A stretch of 64,000 bases of DNA from Corallococcus exiguus (GCF_009909105.1 NZ_JAAAPK010000002.1:477827-541826), one strand, 5' to 3'; counted from the stretch's first letter, positions 10,401-19,866 are shown. Notes: generated by a model not told the origin, from the sequence alone. Made by a program: numbers and translations.

Positions 10401-11055
10401 GCGCATCGTCGTGAACAAGAACGGCGTGCTGCTGCCCACGCGTGCGCGCGCCCCGCGCCCCGCGAACGCCCCCGTGCGCTTCGCCTACCTGGGCGGCCAC
10501 GCGGTGCACAAGGGGTACTTCTGGCTCAAGGACATCCTGGAGTCGGTGCCGGAGTCCGCCTGGGTCCTGAAGATGACCGACATCCAGCTGCGCATGGGGT
10601 CGGCCTCCATCGACGCGAAGGAGTGGAAGGTGAAGGGGCAGGTGGAGGTGGTGCCTCCGTATGATCAGGACGGGATGGACGCCTTCTTCGACGGGGTGGA
10701 CGTGCTGCTGATGCCCTCGCAGTGCAAGGAGAGCTTCGGCCTGACGGTGCGCGAGGCCATGGCCCGTAACGTGTGGGTGGTCACCACGGCGTCAGGCGGC
10801 GTCAGCGAGGACATCGTGGAGGGCGTCAACGGCAACGTCGTGGACATGGCGGACGCCGACGGCTTCCGCCGCGTGCTGCGCGACCTGGTGGCCCACCCGG
10901 AGCGTCTGTCGCGCGCCCCGAACGCCCAGCGCACCACCGTGCGCGACTACGAGACCCAGGCCAAGGAGCTCCACGGGCTCCTGTCCGGCCTGGTGAGTCC
11001 GGCGGCCCGAGGCGCGGCCCGCGAAGACGCCAGCGCCACGGCCATTCAGCGCTGA
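7438..11055 (+). CDS. Large fusion protein: N-terminal class I SAM methyltransferase (Methyltransf_24/CmcI-like), ~100-residue coiled coil, Ala/Pro linker, two GT4 (group 1) glycosyltransferase domains; WbgA/RfbC-like
   Basis: The methyltransferase region is [15 protein letters not shown]...[40 protein letters not shown]. Residues ~240-345 ([33 protein letters not shown]...ELDAHVARQ) have heptad-like charge periodicity. Two GT4 domains follow, each with E-x7-E-type motifs ([39 protein letters not shown]). The ATG at 7438 is preferred over the TTG at 7399. Confidence 0.8.
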   Translation: MHPQLNPLEHPLCLTQPLRLLASSAWVEHVPFAMFLMDLLRPATLVELGAHTGVSYSAFCQAVDALKLETRCHAVDTWQGDPHAGFYGADVLADLRAHHDPLYSRFSQLHQMTFDEALSQFADGSIDLLHIDGCHEYAQVKADFEHWRPKMSARGVILFHDTHVHERNFGVWQLWEELKGQHPSFEFEHGFGLGVLAVGPEQPEGMLALTSTRDAEREHVRQAFATLGGRLTLLLHRQHLRDAYGQKEQQAADHARQAQQLQAELDAAREVARDTASTLREFEGRLARQGLAQRMLQEELGRKNARIYELDAHVARQGSELAHINGSLAWKAINRYWAMRERVLPPGTKRGHLYQKSKGTLHKVGAKLIKLPAKQGALKALRAAKAALTPATPAAPTASISAAVAPSAPLAPPAPWTAPLTQLSQSSLGRRILIIAELSLPQCKRYRVDQKVAMFHRLGYDVTVLRWNDHEECKAALQFHGLVIYYRVPAFPGVEELLAETKRLGVPHFFDVDDLIFDVEEYQKNTNVQRLPENERELLLNGAKLYRKALSLCEHAIASTPTIAEQMARVISGKVYVVENCLDDGILELAREMEARPPAVDADTVTIGYGSGTRTHDADFAIAADAILAVMERHPNVRLAIHGFLELPAGFERFSDRVFRIPFLDADDYLRALASWQISIAPLETTVFNDAKSNIKFIEASIFRVPAVCSGSGPFREIIDHGRNGFVATTREEWESGLSALVQDASLRKRMGEEAHRSVMARYHPAVVATERLQPILQHLPPAPPPRLKVLEANILFAPLSFGGATVVTEQLAHQLKAEGCDVTVFTGILNSPLPAYSVVRYEALGLPVIATQVPALTDRAQEYQNPRMGETFTQVLKAVRPDVVHFHSIQLLSSALATACAAEGIPYTITVHDAWWLCERQFMVREDATYCGQKGIDLRVCTKCVPDSRFTFKRTFALRKVLDGAALLMAPSEFQRQLYIANGVVPERIVVNKNGVLLPTRARAPRPANAPVRFAYLGGHAVHKGYFWLKDILESVPESAWVLKMTDIQLRMGSASIDAKEWKVKGQVEVVPPYDQDGMDAFFDGVDVLLMPSQCKESFGLTVREAMARNVWVVTTASGGVSEDIVEGVNGNVVDMADADGFRRVLRDLVAHPERLSRAPNAQRTTVRDYETQAKELHGLLSGLVSPAARGAAREDASATAIQR

Positions 11056-11118
11056 ACCGGACGGAGCCACCCCGCCTGGAGGCGGGGTGGCTCCTGGAAG
11101 TGCGGAAGCCTTCAGGCC

Positions 11119-12516
11119 CTACGCCGGGCCGTAGTAGCGCTGGTACACCGTGGTGAGCGTCACCGCCGCGGTGAGCAGGATGAAGCAGGCGATGAGCACC
11201 GGCTTGAAGCGCGTCAGCGTGCGCGGTGCCCAGGCGGGCGGGGCCATCGCCACCACCAGCAGCGGCGTGTAGGGCAGCAGGTAGCGGCCCTGCACTCCGT
11301 CCACGTGGTTCGCGCCCGGCGCAGTCCACGCCAGGTACAGCATGGCCTGGATGGCCAGCACGCCCGCCACCGCCACCCCCAGCGCCACCACGCGCTCGCG
11401 CCAGCCCACCTTCGGCGCGGCCCCGTCAGCGTCCAGCACCATCACTCCCAAGAGCAACGCGGCCAGGGCGAAGAGGGCAGGGCGGGGCACCGGCGTGTCC
11501 AGCCAGCCCAGCACGCCGCCGCCCTGGTGCAGGAAGTCCGGCAGCCGCCTCCAGAAGTCACTCACCAGCACGCCCAGCACCTGGAAGGGGTGCGCGCGGA
11601 TGTGGGCCACCTGCGCCACCACCTCACTGGGGCGGAAGATGTCCCGCACGGTGGAGGACCACGCGAACTGGAGCAGCGCGGGCACGGCGACGATGGCGGC
11701 CAGGGCCAGGGCGTAGCGGCCGCGCGTCCCCAGCCGGGTGAGCGGCAGCAGCAGGAACACCAGCGACAGCGGCAGGTAGGCCTGCTTGCACAGCGCCACG
11801 AACACCGCGCTCGCCAGCAGCAGCCCCAGCTGCTTCGCGCCCAGCGGCCCCGGGTGCGCGAAGGTGTAGTGCAGCGACAGCGCCACCAGCAGCAGGCACG
11901 CTGACATCGTGATGGGGTCCGCGGACACCGACGCGCGCTGGAAGAGCACCATGGGCGTGAGCGCCAGCAGCGCGAAGGCCCACCGCTGGAAGGGCATCAG
12001 CCGCAGCGCCAGCGCGGTGAGCAACAGCGCCACCAGCACGTTGCCCAGCCGGCCCGCCCACAGCACCGCCACCGGGGACGCCTCCAACAGCCGCGCGGGC
12101 ACCATGCCCAACGACTGCGGGAAGTAGACCAGCGGGAAGTAGATGGCGGACGCGGCGAAGCGCCACTCCTGGGTGTCCTGGGGCGCCAGCGCCGCGTGCA
12201 TCGCGTCGCTCAGGCGCTGCCGGTCCTGGCGCACCTCGGGATGGCCGCCCACGCCGTCGGACACCTCCTGCGCCACCCGCACGATGCTGCGCGGAAGCTG
12301 CCCGCCCGCGTCCCCCACCGGGATGCGCGTGGCCGTCAGCTGTCCCTCGGAGACCTGGTACGCGCGGTAGAAGTGCGCGGGCTCGTCCGCCACCTGGAAC
12401 GGGGGCGTGAGGAAGCTCAGCACCGCGCCCAGCACGGCCGCCACGACGAGGAAGGCCACGACGGGCGCGATGAAGAACGGACGCAGCGGAGATGGGGGCG
12501 GTGAAGACGGAAGCAT
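11119..12516 (-). CDS. Polytopic membrane protein, DUF2142-like (GT-C-like periplasmic glycosyltransferase candidate)
   Basis: At least 10 predicted TM helices. The N-terminal motif PPFQVADEPAHFYRAYQVSEG resembles the conserved PDE..HF.RAY box of DUF2142 proteins. Co-directional with the two upstream genes. Confidence 0.6.
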   Translation of the reverse strand: MLPSSPPPSPLRPFFIAPVVAFLVVAAVLGAVLSFLTPPFQVADEPAHFYRAYQVSEGQLTATRIPVGDAGGQLPRSIVRVAQEVSDGVGGHPEVRQDRQRLSDAMHAALAPQDTQEWRFAASAIYFPLVYFPQSLGMVPARLLEASPVAVLWAGRLGNVLVALLLTALALRLMPFQRWAFALLALTPMVLFQRASVSADPITMSACLLLVALSLHYTFAHPGPLGAKQLGLLLASAVFVALCKQAYLPLSLVFLLLPLTRLGTRGRYALALAAIVAVPALLQFAWSSTVRDIFRPSEVVAQVAHIRAHPFQVLGVLVSDFWRRLPDFLHQGGGVLGWLDTPVPRPALFALAALLLGVMVLDADGAAPKVGWRERVVALGVAVAGVLAIQAMLYLAWTAPGANHVDGVQGRYLLPYTPLLVVAMAPPAWAPRTLTRFKPVLIACFILLTAAVTLTTVYQRYYGPA

Positions 12517-12542
12517 GGCGAAGGGATGGGCCCGGTGGGCCC

Positions 12543-12959
12543 TCAGACGGCGTGCGAGTCGCGACGGGCGGCGACGGCGGAGGAGACGACTTCAGGACGG
12601 GGCTGCGCACGCGCGGCGCGCTCGGCCTCCGCGGAGGTGAGCAGGGCGACCTCCTGGGCCAGCCGCTTGAGCTGCTGGCGCTGGTCGGCCACCTGGAGGC
12701 TCAACCGGTACACCAGCCACATGAGGCACGTCAGGGCGATGAAGAAGAGGGCGGACGGGGCGTAGTAGATGCCCATGGCCGTCGCCAGCGCGTCGATGCC
12801 CTGGCGCCACAGCGACAGGCCCGCGATGGCCACCGCCACCAGCAGCCACGCGAAGGTGTGCCGCTCGCTGGTGCGCCGGCCCCGGGCCGACCACAGGACG
12901 CTGAAGGCGAAGGCGGCCGCGAAGGCCACGCCGATGAGGCTGGAGCGAAGCATGGGCAT
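12543..12959 (-). CDS. Small membrane protein (DUF2304-like) with C-terminal coiled coil
   Basis: MPMLRSSLIGVAFAAAFAFSVLW... has 3 predicted TM helices followed by QQLKRLAQEVALLTSAEAERAA. The start overlaps the stop of the upstream GT2 gene by 1 nt. Confidence 0.55.
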   Translation of the reverse strand: MPMLRSSLIGVAFAAAFAFSVLWSARGRRTSERHTFAWLLVAVAIAGLSLWRQGIDALATAMGIYYAPSALFFIALTCLMWLVYRLSLQVADQRQQLKRLAQEVALLTSAEAERAARAQPRPEVVSSAVAARRDSHAV

Positions 12960-13657
12960 CAGACGGGACGGACCCGCTCCATGAGCAGGGCGAAGGACAC
13001 CTTCGCCATGTAGAAGGCCGACTTCCACGGCGTCAGCGAGCTGGTGCCGGTGAGGCGCGGGCGCATGCGCACCGGCACCTCCGCGATCGCGAAGCCCTGC
13101 CGCGCCGCCATCAGCACGCTCTCCGGCTCCGGGTAGTCATGCGGGTGGACGCGCGCGAAGAAGCGGATCGCCTGCGGACCGAAGCCCCGGAAGCCGGAGG
13201 TGGGGTCGGTGATGCGGTGGTTGCTCAGCGTGGACAGCAGGCCCGCGAGGAACTGGTTGCCGAAGCGGCGCAGCCACGTGGAGCGGAAGCTGGTGACGCC
13301 CGCGAAGCGGCTGCCGATGACCAGCTCCACGCCCGACTGGAGCGCCTCGCGCAGCGCGGGCACGGACGCCGGGTCATGCTGCCCGTCGCCGTCCATGCGG
13401 ATGACGTGCTCGTACCCGTTGCGGGACGCGAACAGCAGGCCGCTGGCCTCGCCCGCGGCGACGCCCAGGTTGAAGGGATGGCTGAGCACCCTCGCTCCGC
13501 AGTCCCGCGCGCGCTGCGCCGTGGCGTCGCGTGAGCCGTCGTCGACGACGAGCACGTCGAACTCCGGCAGCGCCTCGCGCAGCTCCGCCACCGTCGAGCC
13601 GATGCACTCCTCCTCGTTGAAGGCCAGCAACACGATGAGGCCCTGTCGGGTGTCCAT
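12959..13657 (-). CDS. GT2 polyprenol-phosphate glycosyltransferase (DPM1/GtrB/ArnC-like)
   Basis: LIVLLAFNEEECI...DVLVVDDGSRDATA...MDGDGQHDP...GFRGF is the diagnostic DPM1-like layout. Confidence 0.8.
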   Translation of the reverse strand: MDTRQGLIVLLAFNEEECIGSTVAELREALPEFDVLVVDDGSRDATAQRARDCGARVLSHPFNLGVAAGEASGLLFASRNGYEHVIRMDGDGQHDPASVPALREALQSGVELVIGSRFAGVTSFRSTWLRRFGNQFLAGLLSTLSNHRITDPTSGFRGFGPQAIRFFARVHPHDYPEPESVLMAARQGFAIAEVPVRMRPRLTGTSSLTPWKSAFYMAKVSFALLMERVRPV

Positions 13658-13716
13658 TCAGCCCCCTCCTGCGTCTTCCGGGCTTCTACCGTTACCCGGC
13701 ACGCCGGAACAACCCG

Positions 13717-14640
13717 CTACGCCCGGTTCCCGCTCACGCGAGCGATGAAGATACCCGCGTCCTCCAGGCTCAGGCCTCGGGCCACGGCGCCGAGCCCCTG
13801 GCCCGCCAGGGAGACGAGCGGCCTTGGGAGCTTCCGCAGGGCATGCGCCCTGTCCGCCAGGCTGCCGGCCTCGAAGTCCAGGTCCCCGAAGGCGTCCACG
13901 CGCTCCAGGCCCACGCGCGGGAGCAGGGCCTCCATGGAGTCGTGGGTGAAGTAGCTCTCGTGCGGAGGAAAGGTGCCGGCCTGGTAGAGCTGCTCCAGCA
14001 GCCCCGACGAGGCCACGCCGGCCATGGCACGGGAGACGCGGTAGAGCAGGCCGCTGGCCACCGGCACCTTCAGCACCACCCACTCCAGCTCGGGCGCCAG
14101 CTGTGTGACGAGGTGGCGCACCATGTCCGTCAGGTGCGCACCCGGGAAGTGCTCCACGACGTCCAGTAGCGTGAGGATGCGCGGACGGAAGGGCAGGTCC
14201 TGGAGGGGCAGGGGCCACTGTCCGCCCTCCGGAAGGGGCAGGCGCATGGCGGGGATGCCCGCGTCGCGCATCAGGTTGACGGACAGCTCGGAGATGTCCG
14301 CGCCGGCCAGCTCCTGGACGCCCGCCTCGCGGCAGCCCTCCAGGAACCAGCCCCGGCCCGCGCCGAAGTCCAGGAGCCGCGTGGGCTGGGGGATGTGGCG
14401 GCGCAGGCGCTCGACGATGCTCCGGGCCTGGCGCTGGCGCGTGACGCGCAGCGAGTCCATGAAGCCGCCGCTGTCGTATTGCGCGTGGTAGTCGGCGGTG
14501 TTGCGCGGCGCGCGGTGGGTCGCCACGCGGTGGCCACAGCTCGCGCAGGTCTCCACGTCCAGCCGGGGTCCCTGGAAGGACGGTCGGAGCGAGGACGAAG
14601 CGCAGGCGGGACAGGAGGGGGCGGACATAGGGGGCGGCAC
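13717..14640 (-). CDS. Class I SAM-dependent methyltransferase with N-terminal Cys4 zinc ribbon
   Basis: CPAC...CASCGH zinc-ribbon pair. LLDFGAGRGWFLEGCREAGVQELAGADISE is methyltransferase motif I, followed by LLDVVEHFP (motif II/III). Confidence 0.7.
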   Translation of the reverse strand: MPPPMSAPSCPACASSSLRPSFQGPRLDVETCASCGHRVATHRAPRNTADYHAQYDSGGFMDSLRVTRQRQARSIVERLRRHIPQPTRLLDFGAGRGWFLEGCREAGVQELAGADISELSVNLMRDAGIPAMRLPLPEGGQWPLPLQDLPFRPRILTLLDVVEHFPGAHLTDMVRHLVTQLAPELEWVVLKVPVASGLLYRVSRAMAGVASSGLLEQLYQAGTFPPHESYFTHDSMEALLPRVGLERVDAFGDLDFEAGSLADRAHALRKLPRPLVSLAGQGLGAVARGLSLEDAGIFIARVSGNRA

Positions 14641-14692
14641 CCTACCGCTTCCTCGCGTCCCCCGTCACGTGTCCGCCAGGCTCCCAGGCCGG

Positions 14693-15232
14693 CTAGCGGC
14701 CCCGTCGCCGCGAAGGCCCGCGGCGCGGCGGTTCCTGCGTGGGCTCCGGCGACGGCTCTGGCGACGGCTTCGGCGAAGGCTCCGGCGTCGCGGCAGGCTG
14801 GCGCGACGTCAGCTGCTCCAGCTGGCGCTCCACCTCCTGGCGCCACAGGGACTGCGTGCGCGCCTGGACCCGCTGGTGCTCGTGGATGAGCGCGAGCGCG
14901 TCCAGGATGGCCTCGTTGAACTCCACCTGCCGCCGGAGCGCCTCGTTGATGAAGGGCTGGAACGCCAGCCGGAAGGCGCGCTTGGCCATCACCAGCGCGG
15001 GCCCCACCACGGGCCGGTGGGACGAAGGCGGGTCCGCGTAGCGCGCGTCGCGCTTCATCCGTGCGCCCTCCAGGAACGGGGGCCACGCGGGGCTGGTGGC
15101 CGGGCCCTGGGTGGCGGCGAGGCGTCGGCGCAGCGCCTCCACCTTCTCGGGCTCTGGCGTGGGCAACCGCTCCAGGGACTCCAGCACCGCCTTCACGGTG
15201 GGGTCGCCGGTGATGAGGTCCTCAGCGCGCAT
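14693..15232 (-). CDS. Hypothetical protein with C-terminal PEPSPKPSPEPSPEP repeat
   Basis: The ORF overlaps the GT4 stop by 11 nt, so it is probably co-transcribed. No recognisable domain; low-complexity PEPS tail. Confidence 0.4.
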   Translation of the reverse strand: MRAEDLITGDPTVKAVLESLERLPTPEPEKVEALRRRLAATQGPATSPAWPPFLEGARMKRDARYADPPSSHRPVVGPALVMAKRAFRLAFQPFINEALRRQVEFNEAILDALALIHEHQRVQARTQSLWRQEVERQLEQLTSRQPAATPEPSPKPSPEPSPEPTQEPPRRGPSRRRGR

Positions 15233-16868
15233 GCGGGTGTCCTCCCACGTCCAGCTCTCTTGCCAGCTCCGCCGCCAGCGACGTCAGGTCATGCCCCGGA
15301 GTGAGCTCCCACAGCCTCTTTCCCAGGACCTGTTTGACGCCCGCGTCCGGCGCGCGGCGGGGCTCCCAGATGCCCGCGACGCGCGTGTCCGGCGGCAGCC
15401 GCGACACCGTGCGCCGGGCCACCTCCTCACCGGCACCCGCGAACAGCAACGGCCCCGGGGCGCACCGCACGCCCGTCTCCAGCGACGACGACGGCGGGCT
15501 GACCCCATCCAACCCGAAGCACGGCTCGTCCGGCGTGAAGCGCCGCACCCGTGTCACGCCGTCGCGCTCATCGCTCGGGGCCAGCTGCAGGGGCATCACC
15601 TGACGGCGCACCGTCCACAGGCTCGCGTCCGGCAGCCGGTCCACCACCGCGCGCGCCAGCTGGGACATGGGCGCATCCGGCGCGGCGTCGAAGCCCGGGC
15701 ACACCACGGTGACGGCGGGCGCGGCGGGCGGACGGGCCGGGGGCGCATCCCCCTGGAGGAAGGGCATGAGCGCCTCGCGCACGCGCTGGGCCACGGACTG
15801 CTGGTCCAGGGACGCCAGTCGCTGGCGCTGCGCCTCCACCACCCGCGAGCGCAGGGCGGGGTCTCGCTCCAGCACCGCCAGCAGCCCCGCCACCTGCGCG
15901 GGGTCGTCCGACAGGGTGGTGAGGCCCGCGCCGCCCATGGTCTCCGGCACCGCCGCGGCGCCGTAGGCCACCACCGGCACGCCCCGGTACATGGCCTCCA
16001 AGAGCGGCACGCCGAAGCCCTCGTGGCGGCTCATGGAGAGGTACGCGGTGGCGGAGGCGAAGCACGCGGACAGCTGCGCGGCGTCCACGCGCCCTAGGAA
16101 CACCACGCGATCCGGGCCCAGTTGCTCGCGCAGCGCCAGCACGGACGCGTCATAGGGCGCGCTGCTGTAGAGCGTCCCCGCGACCAGCAGCCGGCTCTTG
16201 GGCTGGTACAGGCGCTGGTAGGCGGTGAAGACGCGCAGCACGTCCTCCAACCGCTTGCTGGGCACCGTGCGGCCCACGAAGAGCACGTTGGCGCACCCGT
16301 CCTCCACCTGCTCGCGCAGGGCCGTGTCCGGCGGCACGTTGAACGCGTTCCAGTCCACCGCGAAGGGCAGGACGCTCGCGTCCGGGTAGCCCGCGGCGGA
16401 CAGCTCCTCCACGCTGAAGTGCGAGTACGCCCAGGCGTGCGTCACGTGCTCGCGCAGCTGGAGCAGCTCCTCGCGCGCCAGCATGCAGCCGCGGGCGACG
16501 TGGCGGTCCGTGCCCTCGAAGAACCGTTCGGGCGTGACGTTGTGGTACAGCAGCGCCTTGCGGCCCTTCGCCTTGGCCACCAGCGGCACCAGCCGCGACT
16601 CGAAGCTGTGGTGGACGAGCAGCGCGGTGTCCCGGCCCGCGTCGCGCGCGTAGTCGAGGGCGGGGCGCACCTCGTCGCGACACGCCTCGTCCCACTGCTC
16701 GGCGTAGATCTCCGACGCGTATCCCCATCCGCGCAGGAGGTTTCGCAGGTAGCGCACCTGGTTGCCCACGGCGTCGCCCCAGGCCAGCCGCGGCACGAGC
16801 TGGTGGATTGCTCCGGCGCTCGAGGACGCGGTCCCTCGCTTGCTGTTCCAGAGGCTCACGTTGGGCAT
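15222..16868 (-). CDS. Glycosyltransferase family 4 (group 1) with ~170-aa C-terminal extension
   Basis: NVLFVGRTVPSKR...LSMSRHEGFGVPLLEAMYRGVPVVA is the GT4 E-x7-E region. Confidence 0.8.
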   Translation of the reverse strand: MPNVSLWNSKRGTASSSAGAIHQLVPRLAWGDAVGNQVRYLRNLLRGWGYASEIYAEQWDEACRDEVRPALDYARDAGRDTALLVHHSFESRLVPLVAKAKGRKALLYHNVTPERFFEGTDRHVARGCMLAREELLQLREHVTHAWAYSHFSVEELSAAGYPDASVLPFAVDWNAFNVPPDTALREQVEDGCANVLFVGRTVPSKRLEDVLRVFTAYQRLYQPKSRLLVAGTLYSSAPYDASVLALREQLGPDRVVFLGRVDAAQLSACFASATAYLSMSRHEGFGVPLLEAMYRGVPVVAYGAAAVPETMGGAGLTTLSDDPAQVAGLLAVLERDPALRSRVVEAQRQRLASLDQQSVAQRVREALMPFLQGDAPPARPPAAPAVTVVCPGFDAAPDAPMSQLARAVVDRLPDASLWTVRRQVMPLQLAPSDERDGVTRVRRFTPDEPCFGLDGVSPPSSSLETGVRCAPGPLLFAGAGEEVARRTVSRLPPDTRVAGIWEPRRAPDAGVKQVLGKRLWELTPGHDLTSLAAELARELDVGGHPHAR

Positions 16869-16982
16869 GGCATTTACCCCTGGCCCGGACCGGCCACAAG
16901 TGGTCGCGCGCTTGCCTTGACGGGGATCCTTCCCTCCGCTACGGAGGGCGCTTTCTCTCGAAGTGCGAGTGGTGGCTTGTCA

Positions 16983-18008
16983 ATGAACGTCCTGGTGACA
17001 GGGGGCTGCGGCTTCATCGGCTCCAATCTGGTGAAGTACCTGCGCCGCGAGCGGCCTGACTGGAAGATCATCAACCTCGACAAGCTCACGTACGCGGGCA
17101 ACCTCGAGACCCTCGCCGACCTGGAAGGTGACCCGAAGCACGTCTTCGTGCGCGGCGACATCGCCAACCGGGAGCTGGTGGAACACCTCATCGTCCAGCA
17201 CGGCATTGACGCCGTGATGCACCTGGCGGCCGAAAGCCACGTGGACCGCTCCATCCTGGGCCCGGAGGTGTTCATCAACACCAACGTGCTGGGCACCCAG
17301 CAGCTGCTGGAAGCCTGCCGCGCCCGGGGCGTGAAGCGCTTCCTGATGGTCTCCACCGACGAGGTCTACGGCTCGCTGGGCCCCACGGGCGCCTTCACGG
17401 AGACCTCTCCGCTGCAGCCCTCCAGCCCGTACTCGGCCTCCAAGACGTCCTCGGACCTGATCGCGCTGGCCTACCACCACACGTTCAAGATGGACGTGGT
17501 GGTGACGCGCTGCTCGAACAACTACGGCCGCTACCAGTTTCCGGAGAAGCTCATCCCGCTGATGGTGGTGAACGCGCTGCACGACAAGCCGCTGCCCGTC
17601 TACGGCGACGGCGCCAACGTGCGCGACTGGCTCCACGTGGAGGACCACTGCCAGGGCCTGCTGGTGGCGCTGGAGAAGGGCCGCGCGGGCGAGGTCTACA
17701 ACATCGGCGGCGGCTCCGAGCGCCGCAACATCGAGATCGTCAAGGGCATCCTGGGGCTGCTGAAGAAGCCCGAGTCGCTCATCCAGTACGTGGCGGACCG
17801 GCCGGGCCATGACCGCCGCTACGCCATCGACCCGACGAAGATCCGCACGGAGCTGGGCTATCAGCCGAAGCACACCTTCGAGCAGGGGCTGGCGGACACG
17901 GTGACCTGGTACATGGAGAACCGCGCCTGGTGGGAGCGGGTGACCAGCGGCGCCTATCGCCAGTACTTCGACACCCAGTACAAGGCCCGTCTGCAGGGGC
18001 GGGGCTGA
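16983..18008 (+). CDS. rmlB: dTDP-glucose 4,6-dehydratase
   Basis: MNVLVTGGCGFIGSNLV..., a YSASK active-site triad region, and full-length similarity to RfbB/RmlB. The ORF-track N-terminal extension (16122-16982) was rejected. Confidence 0.95.
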   Translation: MNVLVTGGCGFIGSNLVKYLRRERPDWKIINLDKLTYAGNLETLADLEGDPKHVFVRGDIANRELVEHLIVQHGIDAVMHLAAESHVDRSILGPEVFINTNVLGTQQLLEACRARGVKRFLMVSTDEVYGSLGPTGAFTETSPLQPSSPYSASKTSSDLIALAYHHTFKMDVVVTRCSNNYGRYQFPEKLIPLMVVNALHDKPLPVYGDGANVRDWLHVEDHCQGLLVALEKGRAGEVYNIGGGSERRNIEIVKGILGLLKKPESLIQYVADRPGHDRRYAIDPTKIRTELGYQPKHTFEQGLADTVTWYMENRAWWERVTSGAYRQYFDTQYKARLQGRG

Positions 18009-18012
18009 CGCC

Positions 18013-18912
18013 ATGCGCTTTCTCGTCACGGGAGCCAACGGCCTGGTGGGCAGCCGCGTCTGCGCGCAGCTGACCGAGCGCGGTCACGAAGTGGTGGGCC
18101 TGGGGCGCGGTCCCCGGCGCACGGGCGGCACGCACGGCTACGTGGAGGTGGACCTCACGCGCGAGCAGGACGTGGCCGCGGCCATCGCCCAGGCCCGTCC
18201 GGAGGCCATCATCCACCCCGCCTCCATGACGGAAGTGGACGCGTGTGAGAAGGACCCGGACGCGGCCTACGCGGCGAACGTCCACGCCACGGCGGCGGTG
18301 GCCCGCGCGGCGAAGCTCGCGGGCGCGCACCTGGTGCACGTCTCCACGGACTACGTCTTCGACGGAGACGCCGGGCCGTATTCCGAGGACGCGCTGCCCA
18401 ACCCGCGTGGCGTGTACGCGCTGACCAAGCACATGGCCGAGCAGGCGGCGCGCGTGTTCGCGCCGGGCTGCGCCATCGCGCGCACGGCCGTGGTGTACGG
18501 CTGGCCGGCAGCGGGGCGTCCCAACTTCGGGGCGTGGTTGGTGGGGGCGTTGGAGAAGGGCCAGCCGGTGAAGCTCTTCGAGGACCAGGTGGTGTCCCCC
18601 AGCTTCGCGGACAGCGTGGCCGCCATGCTGGTGGAGCTGGGTGAGCGCCGGCTTGGTGGCGTGTGGAACACCTGCGGCGGCACGGTCATCGACCGGGTGG
18701 GCTTTGGCCGGGCGCTCTGCGAGGTGTTCGGCTTCGACGCGTCGTTGATCACGCCCACGCGGATGGCGGACCTGAAGCTGGCCAGCCCCCGTCCGCTGCG
18801 CAGCGGCCTCAAGACGGACAAGGTGCGTACGGAGCTGAAGGCCCAGCCGCTGGAGTTGGCGGAGTCCCTGGCGCGCTTCCACGCGGCCTGGAAGGCGCAC
18901 CGCGCCGGTTGA
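18013..18912 (+). CDS. rmlD: dTDP-4-dehydrorhamnose reductase
   Basis: MRFLVTGANGLVGSRV... and a STDYVFDG motif. Typical RmlD length, sitting between rmlB and rmlA. Confidence 0.9.
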   Translation: MRFLVTGANGLVGSRVCAQLTERGHEVVGLGRGPRRTGGTHGYVEVDLTREQDVAAAIAQARPEAIIHPASMTEVDACEKDPDAAYAANVHATAAVARAAKLAGAHLVHVSTDYVFDGDAGPYSEDALPNPRGVYALTKHMAEQAARVFAPGCAIARTAVVYGWPAAGRPNFGAWLVGALEKGQPVKLFEDQVVSPSFADSVAAMLVELGERRLGGVWNTCGGTVIDRVGFGRALCEVFGFDASLITPTRMADLKLASPRPLRSGLKTDKVRTELKAQPLELAESLARFHAAWKAHRAG

Positions 18913-18984
18913 GCATCGCGCGCGTGGCGGCCGGGCCGCGCGCATCCGTTTCGCGGCCGCGCCGTGGAACACAGGGGAGCACGC

Positions 18985-19866
18985 ATGAAGGGAATCATTC
19001 TGGCCGGGGGTTCGGGCACGCGCCTGTATCCACTGACGCGCGTGGTGAGCAAGCAGCTGTTGCCCGTCTACGACAAGCCGATGATCTACTACCCGCTGAC
19101 GACGCTGATGCTGGCGGGCATCCGGGAGATCCTCGTCATCTCCACGCCGCAGGACCTGCCGCGCTTTCGCGAGCTGTTGGGCGACGGAGAGCAGTGGGGC
19201 ATCCGCCTCCAGTACGCCGAGCAGCCGCGTCCGGAGGGCCTGGCGCAGGCGTTCGTCATCGGCCGCGACTTCGTGGGCAACGACCCCGTGTCGCTCATCC
19301 TGGGTGACAACATCTTCTACGGCCACGGCATGGGGGAGCTCACCCAGCGCGCGTCGAAGCGCACGCAGGGCGCCACGGTGTTCGGCTACTACGTGAAGGA
19401 TCCGGAGCGCTACGGCGTGGTGGAGCTCAACGCCCAGCACAAGGCCGTCAGCATCGAGGAGAAGCCGACGAAGCCCAAGTCGCACTACGCCGTGACCGGT
19501 CTGTACTTCTACGACAACCAGGTCATCGACATCGCGGCGAACCTCAAGCCGGGCAAGCGCGGCGAGTACGAAATCACCGACGTCAACGCGGAGTACCTGC
19601 GCCGCGGCCAGCTCAACGTGGAGCTGATGGGACGCGGCTACGCGTGGCTGGACACCGGCACGCACGAGTCGCTGATGCAGGCATCCAACTACATCGAGAT
19701 CATCGAGCGCCGTCAGGGCCTCAAGGTGGCCTGTCCGGAGGAGATCGCCTTCCGCATGGGCTACATCGACGAGCAGCGGCTGACGGCGCTGGCGGAGCCC
19801 ATGCGCAAGAACGAGTACGGCCAGTACCTGTTGGACCTGGTGGAGAAGCGGGGGGCGGTGTCGTGA
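18985..19866 (+). CDS. rmlA: Glucose-1-phosphate thymidylyltransferase
   Basis: [18 protein letters not shown]...[16 protein letters not shown]... is a near-canonical RmlA N-terminus. Confidence 0.95.
   Translation: MKGIILAGGSGTRLYPLTRVVSKQLLPVYDKPMIYYPLTTLMLAGIREILVISTPQDLPRFRELLGDGEQWGIRLQYAEQPRPEGLAQAFVIGRDFVGNDPVSLILGDNIFYGHGMGELTQRASKRTQGATVFGYYVKDPERYGVVELNAQHKAVSIEEKPTKPKSHYAVTGLYFYDNQVIDIAANLKPGKRGEYEITDVNAEYLRRGQLNVELMGRGYAWLDTGTHESLMQASNYIEIIERRQGLKVACPEEIAFRMGYIDEQRLTALAEPMRKNEYGQYLLDLVEKRGAVS

Noticed and set aside
7507-10509. 1000-aa ORF on the minus strand
   Set aside because: It is exactly antisense to the well-supported MT-coiled-coil-GT4 gene. The translation is Arg/Gly/Ala/Asp-biased low complexity, typical of high-GC antisense frames, with no motifs.
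16122-16982. N-terminal 287-codon extension of the rmlB ORF
   Set aside because: The upstream part is antisense to the GT4 gene and lacks similarity to RmlB. The true start is MNVLVTGG at 16983.
17779-19665. 628-aa minus-strand ORF spanning rmlB-rmlD-rmlA
   Set aside because: It lies antisense across three recognisable rml genes, so it cannot be coding.
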